Position numbers and translations under genes: made by a program. Shown here in pieces: positions 7,703 to 14,469 of a stretch of 14,588 nucleotides of DNA. Within the stretch, counting starts at the first letter, position 1, and each line of letters opens with the position of its first letter. The stretch is from Okeania sp. (GTDB taxonomy: Bacteria > Cyanobacteriota > Cyanobacteriia > Cyanobacteriales > Microcoleaceae). Below the pieces are notes generated by a model that did no database searches, was not told the origin of the DNA, and was given only the letters and a program-made list of their open reading frames with translations. The DNA lies in the NCBI RefSeq assembly GCF_035285525.1, contig NZ_JAYKGW010000259.1, positions 1-14,588 on the forward strand, read 5' to 3'.

Positions 7703-7730
7703 TTGACACTCCTATTAACTGTGGTAGACT
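7703..7730 (+). promoter_or_regulatory. Candidate sigma-70-type promoter for dps: -35 TTGACA (7703-7708), 16-nt spacer, extended -10 TGgTAGACT (7722-7730)
   Basis: Motifs read directly. They predict a ~65-nt leader ending in the SD-like AGAGGA (7787-7792), 8 nt before the ATG. Confidence 0.45.
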
Positions 7731-7800
7731 AAATTTTACTAGCAATAAAAAAACTAGATAATTACTAATAAACCAAGTTAATTGATAGAGGATAAATAAT

Positions 7801-8340
7801 ATGGCTAATCAAACAGCAACTCCAGTACAAGTATTTGGTCAAATTGCCAATAACCCAGTTGGATTAGAAAAAAGTGTTACTGAACCTGTATGTGAAGGTA
7901 TGAATATAGCTTTAGCCAGTTTCCAAGCTTTATACCTCCAATACGAGAAACACCATTTTGTAGTAGAAGGAGCAGAGTTCTACCAACTACATGAGTTCTT
8001 TCAAGAAAGTTATGATCAAGTCAGAGAGCATATCCATGATTTGGCAGAACGCCTAAATGGTTTGGGTGGAGTTCCAGTTGCTAGCTTCACTAAGTTAGCC
8101 CAAATGTGCTGCTTCACTCCCGAAGAAGATGGCGTTTTTAGCTCTCGTGCTATGGTAGAACATGGCCTCGGAGCAGAACAGGAAATAATTAAATTATTAC
8201 GTCGTGTTGCTGCACAAGCTGAAAGTTTAGGCGATCGCGCTACTCGCTACCTCTATGAGCAAATTTTACTCAAAACTGAAGAGCGGGCGTATCATTTAGA
8301 CCATTTCCTAGCTCCAGATACATTAGTTGTATTGAAGTAG
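7801..8340 (+). CDS. dps: Dps family DNA-protection / mini-ferritin protein (His-type ferroxidase centre variant)
   Basis: 179 aa. Dps signature [35 protein letters not shown] (H52, H64, H79, E83). HIP1 site inside. SD-like sequence upstream. Confidence 0.92.
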   Translation: MANQTATPVQVFGQIANNPVGLEKSVTEPVCEGMNIALASFQALYLQYEKHHFVVEGAEFYQLHEFFQESYDQVREHIHDLAERLNGLGGVPVASFTKLAQMCCFTPEEDGVFSSRAMVEHGLGAEQEIIKLLRRVAAQAESLGDRATRYLYEQILLKTEERAYHLDHFLAPDTLVVLK

Positions 8341-8360
8341 GTCAACTTTTTAATTAATAT

Positions 8361-8469
8361 AGGACTTACGCACGAACGCTATTGGTAGGGTGCGTTCGCT
8401 ACGCAACATCTAAAGTGCACAAAGCACAACGCACCAATACTATATATACAGTGCCTTTGCGTAAGTCCT
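8361..8469. mobile_element. MITE-like element C2 (109 bp) with perfect 12-bp terminal inverted repeats AGGACTTACGCA / TGCGTAAGTCCT
   Basis: TIRs at 8361-8372 and 8458-8469 were verified. The element contains a GTAGGGTGCGTT core, starts 20 nt after the dps stop codon, and has AT-rich flanks (taatat / taataatat). Confidence 0.8.
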
Positions 8470-8564
8470 GTAATAATATCTCTAAAATGGGCAATTATTA
8501 ATTGGTAAAGTTTTGCCTACCTATTAAGCTTCCAAAAAGAAGGAAACATAATAATATCGAGTGC

Positions 8565-8593
8565 CAGAGATATCATCTCTGTCAATTTTTTTT
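8565..8593 (+). terminator. Possible intrinsic terminator (stem CAGAGAT / ATCTCTG, loop ATC, then TCAA + T8)
   Basis: A 7-bp AT-rich stem followed by a T8 run at 8586-8593. It lies about 225 nt downstream of dps, beyond the inserted MITE. The stem is weak, so this is tentative. Confidence 0.3.
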
Positions 8594-8732
8594 GACTACA
8601 GAAGTAGCTAGTAAACGAAGTATAACTCTGTTGAAAATATTTAGCAACTATTTTTAAAGAAAAATTTAATTTTTGTAAAATTGAGAGTCCAATTTTTTCA
8701 TTAACGGGACTGACGCCAGGTGGCCATATTTG

Positions 8733-8797
8733 GTAGGGACGGGTTTCCCAGTTAAATTAAGCAGTTTTCACCTACAATTCAGATCAACCCGCCCCAA
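8733..8797. repeat. Family-D hairpin fragment (GTAGGGACGGGTTT ... AACCCGCCCC)
   Basis: Imperfect inverted repeat related to the GTAGGGGCGGGTTT / AAACCCGCCCCTAC arms at 13758-13804. It shares the internal gttaaattaa segment. Confidence 0.6.
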
Positions 8798-8816
8798 TGA
8801 CATAACACTGAAAATC

Positions 8817-8904
8817 ACGATTTACGCAGAAACCCGGTTTATCAACAACATTTCGTGGTTTGAACAACAATATCATCGGAATCAACCCGGTTTCTTGGTT
8901 GAAC
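8817..8904. mobile_element. MITE-like element C3b (AGAAACCCGGTTT ... CAACCCGGTTTCT), right end abutted or truncated by element C1b
   Basis: Left end acgatttacgca. Internal organisation parallels 7148-7244. It runs directly into the AGGACTTACGCA terminus at 8905. Confidence 0.6.
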
Positions 8905-8997
8905 AGGACTTACGCAGGTGCAACGTATTTTCCTTCGATACGACCGAAGGGAAGCAATCTCAAACCCCTGTTTTTCCTACCTCATGGCTTTAGTCCT
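8905..8997. mobile_element. MITE-like element C1b (93 bp), an inverted copy of C1a
   Basis: Its reverse complement aligns end to end with 6350-6441 (about 13 mismatches and one 1-nt indel). Confidence 0.75.
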
Positions 8998-9071
8998 ATT
9001 GAAGTTAAGTTTCTGATGTAATAAATTGTTACAATATCAAGGAATATATTACTTGATTTAATACAAATAAT

Positions 9072-9842
9072 ATGCAATTAACTTGGTTAGACAGTAACTC
9101 TTGGCTCATGGAAATTGGAAGCAAACGACTCCTCATCGATCCTTGGCTCGTTGGTCCTCTAGTTTTCGGTAATGTACCTTGGCTATTTAAAGGGGAAAAA
9201 AAGACTCCCCGTCCCATTCCCGAAAATGTAGACCTCATTGTATTATCTCAGGGACTAGAAGACCATGCTCACCCAGAGACACTCAAACAGTTAGACAAAA
9301 ATATTCCGGTTGTTGCTTCTCCCACGGCAGCAAAAGTAGCACAAAAGTTTGATTATTCTCAGATAATTACACTTAATCATGGTGATACTTACTCTTTTGA
9401 AAATAGTGTAGAAATTAGAGCGGTTCCTGGTTCACTTGTCGGCCCAACATTAGTAGAAAATGGTTATATTCTCAAAGACTTAACTAATAGCAATTCAATA
9501 TATTATGAACCCCACGGCAACCACTCTGAAGAAATCAAAAAATTTGCTCCTATAGATGTAGTTATTTCCCCAATTATTAATTTGAACTTGCCATTATTGG
9601 GACCAGTAATTAAAGGAAATGAAAGTGCTTTACAGGTAGCTAAATGGTTGCAACCGCAAGTTATGTTACCGACAGCAGCAGGGGGCGATATAGATTTTCA
9701 AGGATTATTAATGTCTATTCTGAAAGCTGAAGGAAGTGTTGAAGAAACACAATCTCTATTTGTTAAAAATAATTTAGCAACAAAAGTTATAGAGCCTAAA
9801 CCTGGTAAAAGTTTAGAAATACAATTAGAGCAGCGAAATTAA
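9072..9842 (+). CDS. MBL-fold metallo-hydrolase superfamily protein (degenerate metal motif)
   Basis: 256-aa ORF. The N-terminal LTWLDSNSWLMEIGSKRLLIDPWL and the DLIVLSQGLEDHAHPETL block resemble COG2220-type beta-lactamase-fold proteins. Assignment is by motif memory only. Confidence 0.7.
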   Translation: MQLTWLDSNSWLMEIGSKRLLIDPWLVGPLVFGNVPWLFKGEKKTPRPIPENVDLIVLSQGLEDHAHPETLKQLDKNIPVVASPTAAKVAQKFDYSQIITLNHGDTYSFENSVEIRAVPGSLVGPTLVENGYILKDLTNSNSIYYEPHGNHSEEIKKFAPIDVVISPIINLNLPLLGPVIKGNESALQVAKWLQPQVMLPTAAGGDIDFQGLLMSILKAEGSVEETQSLFVKNNLATKVIEPKPGKSLEIQLEQRN

Positions 9843-9870
9843 TTGGGGTTTGCTGAAGAGGTAAAATTTA

Positions 9871-9900
9871 TCCCCCCCTACCCCCCTTTGAAAGGGGGGA
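9871..9900. repeat. Family-E palindromic element (TCCCCCCCTACCCCCCTTTGAAAGGGGGGA; hairpin at 9881-9899)
   Basis: Sits in the 76-bp spacer between the convergent MBL gene (stop at 9842) and the giant gene (stop at 9919). It is a near-identical copy of 2722-2751. Confidence 0.85.
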
Positions 9901-9918
9901 GTTAGTTCAAAAGGTTTA

Positions 9919-12900
9919 TTAACCAAACAACCTAATATCATCAAGAATTAATTTATTAGGTTCGCTGCCAAAACTGACAGATTGAGCAACCCCGTTAAAA
10001 TTAATTATTTGCTCTTGTTCAGTTAAAATGTAAGTACCGAAATCTTCTGATGACTCAGGGGTTTGAGCTAGAGTTACATCGTTTAAGATATTGCCAGTGC
10101 CGTTCGGACTATCATAAACCGTTACCCGATGATTAACAAAAGGAGAAGCATAACGGAATGATAGTCCTCCGGAGAAACCACCAGGAACATTCATAATAAT
10201 TCCATCTCCCTCAGAGTAAGTAATAGCGTTGCCTTGAGCAGGGCCTACTAAAGCATCAATAAAATTACCATTTCCTCCCTGCTGGAAACTAACTATTCCG
10301 TCAGCATTCTCAAGTGTTACTCCTGTTAAAGAATCTATGGAATAGTCTTGTAGATTTTGAATGTCATTAAACCCTACTTCTCTGATATCTTCAATATTAA
10401 TAGTAGCAGTGTTAGCTTCACTAACTGTGTAGCCATTATTGTTACTAGGCTGAATAGTTAGTTCTACTGTTTCTAGAGGTTCAACTATTCTATCATCTAG
10501 GGCATTAATATTCACAACTGCATTGGTGCTTCCAGCGGGAATAGTCACATTCAATGGTATTGCTTCATAGTCAGAACCATTGGTAGATGTACCACCAAGA
10601 GAATAGTTAACCACGATGTCGCTACTTTGGTTGCTATCGATATTGAAAATAAATTGACCTGGTTCTGCTCCTTCTGTTATATTGGGGGTGAGAGTATTTA
10701 CATTGACTTTTACTGAAGGATTTGGATTTGGATTAAATATATCTGCCGGTGCCCCACTACCGAAAATAGTAGAAGTAACGTACTGAGTTGATTCTCCCGG
10801 AGCTAGAACAAAATTGTTCCCCAGAGCTAGAGCCACGTCGTAGGGAGGAATTTCGATAAACTCGTCTGCGTCTGGTCCATCGCCAGTTATGACATCATCA
10901 AGAGGAACTCCATTAATAATGTCATTAACCAAACCAGAAAATATATTTACCTCGGCACGTCCTGGTGGCGCACTGTTTCCTCCAACAGCAGTTATACCCA
11001 CAAAAGTTGTAGCTGTCTGAGGGTTTTCTCCGCTGTCAGTCTCAAAAAGAATCTCCTGACCATCTATAAACAAGCGTCCGCCGGTATCAGCAAGAGTACC
11101 ATCAAAAAACAAGTCACCGTCAGCATAGCGGGTTAAATCAAACGATGCAGTCTCAGTTCCTATATTTGTAATAGTGTAAGTTTGTACCAGGGTACTGCCT
11201 CTACGTTCCGTTCCCGCCAAAAGTTCGTCAACCGTTTGATTGAGACTAAAATTGAGATCGCCAATAGTAAAGGTACTATCAGCATTAGCTGCATTTGCCT
11301 GAAGAAAGCCCGGATTATTAAGCCCTTCAGCAGATTCAGCGTTTTGGTCATCAATACTACCTGTAGTTAGAAAAGTGCGAGTTGTTTCTCCTGTCAAGCG
11401 AAATGCTACTCCAGACTCAAACATAGTACCCGCTACACCTACATCACCAATAGGATCGTAGAAAGCATCGGAAGTGCTGCCACCAACATTTTGACCAAAG
11501 GAACCATAAGCATCAACACTAACTTTTAAACCACCATCGCCAGCAGGAGTATTTAAAGTTGCTGTCAAGATTTCTGCGACAGGAGGTGCATCGTTAATAG
11601 TAATAGTTGCAGAACTAACTCCACCAACTGTATAACTATTATCTGCACTAGGTTCAATAGTTAAGTTTACGGTTTCTCCAGAATCAGCATCTTGATCTAT
11701 GAAGGCACTGATATTAATAGGTACACTGGTTTCTTCAGCCGGAATAACTATAACTGGTGCTGTTATTTCTTGATAGTCTAAATTGGTAGCTGTACCGTCA
11801 ATAGTATAATTAACAGCAATTTCGTTACTTTGAGGACTATCGATGCTCAAGATAAACTGAGCTATTTCTCCTTCTATTATATTGGGGGTGGGAGCATCAA
11901 TAGTGATTTGTGGTACAAGCCCAACGTTAGGATTTTCTTCAGTCGTAGGTATATCGTTAATACTAATAGTAGCAGTATTATTAGTTTCACCAACTGTGTA
12001 GCTACTATTCTCATCAGGTTGAAGAGTTAAGCTTACTGTTTCTCCAGAGTCAACTATTTCATCTGCTATGGCTGTAATATTGATAACTGCATCGGTTTCT
12101 CCAGCAGGAATAGTCACACTTGATGGTATTATATAGTCTTCATTGGTAGATGTACCCCCAACAACATAATTAACCACAATGTCGTTATCTTGGGGACTAT
12201 CAATGGTAAACTCAAATTGACCGACTTCTCCTCCTTCTGTGATTTCCGAGGTGGGAGTTTCAATAATAACTACTGGTGGTCCAGGAATCGGATCGTTAAT
12301 GGTAATAGTTGCAGTATTATCTAAACCAACTGTGTAGCTATTATCTCCACTAGGTTGAAGAGTTAGTTCAACTGTTTCTACTGATTCAAAAATTTCATCT
12401 GCTATAGCATTAATATCAATAGTTGCAGCTGTAATGGTTCCAACAGGAACAGGAAGAGTCACACTTAATGGTATCTCTTCATAATCTTCACCATTGGTAG
12501 ATGTACCACCAACAGAATAATTAACAACAATGTCGTTAACTGTCAAGCTAAAAGGATCAGTAGAGACATAAAACTGACCAGGTTCCCCTCCCTCTGTTAT
12601 ATTTGAGTTCAGAGCCTCGATAGTGATTTCGGGTCGCAAGAGTGCAGCCTCTAGGTCACTGGAAGTTACATTCAGAAAATAGCCTATCGGTGTATTATTA
12701 CTAAAATCTGTGATTAAAGCACCTTCAAGAATACCATCATTGTCTGGATCTATGTTTTCAGTACGAATGCCAAGTTGTTCTGCACTAGCTATTGCTAATG
12801 ATAATGGTGTACCTGAAGGTCCAAATAGATTGTAGAATGATGCAATAGGCAACTCTAAATCTGAAACACCATTTAGCTCCCCTGGGTCTAAAGGACCTCC

Positions 12901-13176
12901 TAACCCTATTGGAGTAGTTGATAGAGCAGTATCCTCATTAACATTGAAATCAAGAACAATTACTCCAGGAATCGTCTGAGTAGACACAGAACTGCTTGGC
13001 ACTACTTCTCCGAATGTAGGTAATGTTCCATCACCTTCCAAAACAAAAGTATCTTGTCCATTTACAACACCTTGCAAAATATCAATACCTGCACCTCCAT
13101 CAAGAGTTTCATTAGGAACCTCGGCAAGTATTAGTTCAATATCTGGGTTTATGTTAATTGTTTGTCTAGTTACCAT
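9919..13176 (-). CDS. Large (1085 aa) extracellular-type protein with four Calx-beta modules, an N-terminal RTX-like motif and uncharacterised central and C-terminal domains
   Basis: Four ~110-aa modules with the pattern ITEGxxxGQF....DIVVNYxxGGTSTNxxDY...VTIPAGxTxAxInIxAIxDxIxExxETVxLTLqP..xYTV....ATItInD lie at aa 182-295, 301-408, 421-529 and 821-930. An in-frame TAA sits 2 codons upstream of the ATG. Acidic, Thr/Asn/Gly-rich composition, no Cys. Confidence 0.9.
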   Translation of the reverse strand: MVTRQTININPDIELILAEVPNETLDGGAGIDILQGVVNGQDTFVLEGDGTLPTFGEVVPSSSVSTQTIPGVIVLDFNVNEDTALSTTPIGLGGPLDPGELNGVSDLELPIASFYNLFGPSGTPLSLAIASAEQLGIRTENIDPDNDGILEGALITDFSNNTPIGYFLNVTSSDLEAALLRPEITIEALNSNITEGGEPGQFYVSTDPFSLTVNDIVVNYSVGGTSTNGEDYEEIPLSVTLPVPVGTITAATIDINAIADEIFESVETVELTLQPSGDNSYTVGLDNTATITINDPIPGPPVVIIETPTSEITEGGEVGQFEFTIDSPQDNDIVVNYVVGGTSTNEDYIIPSSVTIPAGETDAVINITAIADEIVDSGETVSLTLQPDENSSYTVGETNNTATISINDIPTTEENPNVGLVPQITIDAPTPNIIEGEIAQFILSIDSPQSNEIAVNYTIDGTATNLDYQEITAPVIVIPAEETSVPINISAFIDQDADSGETVNLTIEPSADNSYTVGGVSSATITINDAPPVAEILTATLNTPAGDGGLKVSVDAYGSFGQNVGGSTSDAFYDPIGDVGVAGTMFESGVAFRLTGETTRTFLTTGSIDDQNAESAEGLNNPGFLQANAANADSTFTIGDLNFSLNQTVDELLAGTERRGSTLVQTYTITNIGTETASFDLTRYADGDLFFDGTLADTGGRLFIDGQEILFETDSGENPQTATTFVGITAVGGNSAPPGRAEVNIFSGLVNDIINGVPLDDVITGDGPDADEFIEIPPYDVALALGNNFVLAPGESTQYVTSTIFGSGAPADIFNPNPNPSVKVNVNTLTPNITEGAEPGQFIFNIDSNQSSDIVVNYSLGGTSTNGSDYEAIPLNVTIPAGSTNAVVNINALDDRIVEPLETVELTIQPSNNNGYTVSEANTATINIEDIREVGFNDIQNLQDYSIDSLTGVTLENADGIVSFQQGGNGNFIDALVGPAQGNAITYSEGDGIIMNVPGGFSGGLSFRYASPFVNHRVTVYDSPNGTGNILNDVTLAQTPESSEDFGTYILTEQEQIINFNGVAQSVSFGSEPNKLILDDIRLFG

Positions 13177-13289
13177 AACTTAGTATTGTTTCTTAGTAAG
13201 TAAAAATTGAATGGTTGGTAAGTTTTTGTTTAGTTTCACTGGTTTGGTTGAGGGACGAAACCCTACCAGAATAAAACTTTGTTGGGTTT

Positions 13290-13619
13290 CACTATCGTTC
13301 TACCCAACCTACCAACTTCCGACTCCCCCCTTTCAAAGCGGAGTTGGGGGGGATTCATAGTAAATTAAGCTTGTTGGGTTTCCCTCCGGGAAGCTCCGCT
13401 TTTCATGTCGCGCAGCGTTTTATGTCGGCTCAGAGCCGAAAACACTATCGTTCTACCCAACCTACGAACTTCCGGCTCCCCCCTTTCAAAGGGGGGTTGG
13501 GGGGGATTCGTAGTAAATTAAGCTTGTTGGGTTTCCCTCCGGGAAGCTCCGCTTTTCATGTCACGCAGCGTTTTATGTCGGCTCTGAGCCGAAAACACTA
13601 TCGTTCTACCCAACCTACT
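13290..13619. repeat. 153-bp tandem repeat, 2.16 copies (units start at 13290, 13443 and 13596), a composite of family-A and family-E modules
   Basis: The period was verified from the cactatcgttctacccaacctac anchors. The copies differ at a handful of positions. Confidence 0.9.
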
Positions 13620-13708
13620 GACCTTAAATAGTGGGTGACGACAGATTACTAAATTCCTTTTCATAGTGAAAATTTCATTAGATATTTCTGTCTAGTGCAT
13701 TACATCAT

Positions 13709-13852
13709 TGAGGGCGGGTTTATCTAAATTTCTAGATAGACCCGTTAAATTAACTGAGAAACCCGCCCCTACTGTTGACAAAAAATATTGTAGGGGCGGG
13801 TTTAAGCAGAAAAATTTCTGCTTCAGCTCATATTTAGCTAAACCCGCCCTCA
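13709..13852. repeat. Nested palindromic family-D element: a 14-bp outer stem enclosing three internal hairpins
   Basis: Outer stem TGAGGGCGGGTTTA (13709-13722) / TAAACCCGCCCTCA (13839-13852). Inner stem AAACCCGCCCCTAC (13759-13772) / GTAGGGGCGGGTTT (13790-13803). Also TATCTA..TAGATA (13721-13738) and AAGCAGAAA-AA-TTTCTGCTT (13804-13823). Confidence 0.85.
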
Positions 13853-14070
13853 TCCAGAAAATTAGACCAGTCAGGCCACTACTAGATTTTTTCACCTAGA
13901 ATAGTGTATTAGCTTTTTTCGTCACCCCATTTAGATATGTCAGTCTACTGAAAATTTGCTGATTTTGTTCCTACTATTTCTTAAGGAATAGTAGCTGTAG
14001 GTCTTTGTTGTTTCCGCACTTCATTGGGCACCAAACCATGGAACCCGAAACTCAACAACAATACAGTTGT

Positions 14071-14168
14071 GTTGGGTTTCGTTCCATGCTACGCAACCCT
14101 AACGGGTTCATGCCGCGAAGCGCGAAACAACAAGGGCCTACGAACTTCCGACTCCCCCCTTTCAAAGC
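14071..14168. repeat. Fragmentary family-A/E repeat (gttgggtttcgttccatgctacgcaa ... cctacgaacttccgactcccccctttcaaagc)
   Basis: It shares its 3-prime block with the 153-bp unit, and its 5-prime block with 14405-14430. Confidence 0.7.
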
Positions 14169-14360
14169 TATCCCTTATAAGGAACTCCTGAAACCCTTGT
14201 GGGAGGGTGGGGAGTGTGGGAAGTAAGAATCTTGTCTACAGTTCTCAAAAAATAGTAATTTTTAATACACTTTCCTGAGGAAAAAGCCGATTCCAGACTA
14301 GAACATAACTCGTATTTTTTGTCAAGTTTTATGTTAAGAAAGATGTTTATAAAGCATAGC

Positions 14361-14430
14361 TTTCAAAGAGGGGTTGGGGGGGGGATTAATAGTAAATTAA
14401 GCTTGTTAGGTTTCGTTCCATGCTACGCAA
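14361..14430. repeat. Fragmentary family-E/A repeat (tttcaaagaggggttggggggggg attaatagtaaattaagcttgttaggtttcgttccatgctacgcaa)
   Basis: Collinear with part of the 153-bp unit and with 14071-14096. Confidence 0.7.
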
Positions 14431-14469
14431 GGCAAGCCCCAACAACAAGGGTCTACAGACTCCCCCCCT

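Noticed and set aside
7757-7771. Fur/PerR-box-like GATAATTACTAATAA in the dps leader, and AATAAT direct repeats at about 7628-7650
   Set aside because: Only the first hexamer matches the GATAATGATAATCATTATC consensus. In DNA this AT-rich, such matches are expected by chance.
8517-8576. 19-aa hydrophobic minus-strand ORF (MISLALDIIMFPSFWKLNR) overlapping the terminator-like hairpin, considered as a type I toxin-like peptide
   Set aside because: It is too short to evaluate, has no RBS and no recognisable antisense RNA arrangement, and cannot be checked for conservation here.
8730-9238. ORFs 8730-8993 (+, 87 aa) and 9029-9238 (-, 69 aa)
   Set aside because: The first is a read-through of three concatenated MITE or hairpin elements. 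The second is antisense to the start of the MBL gene.
11160-12030. ORFs 11160-11354 (-), 11182-11370 (+) and 11830-12030 (+)
   Set aside because: They are embedded in the 1085-aa Calx-beta CDS in alternative frames and have no independent support.
13344-13631. 95-aa ORF (TTG start) with an internally duplicated 51-aa unit
   Set aside because: It lies entirely within the 153-bp tandem repeat made of dispersed hairpin modules. The visible inter-copy differences are non-synonymous. It has no RBS and no recognisable protein motif. It is open only because the period happens to be a multiple of 3.
13692-14226. ORFs 13692-13895 (-), 13708-13899 (+) and 14005-14226 (+)
   Set aside because: The first two are mirror-image ORFs generated by the nested palindrome. 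The third is assembled from family-A/E repeat fragments (the FRLPPFK peptide recurs wherever the repeat occurs).
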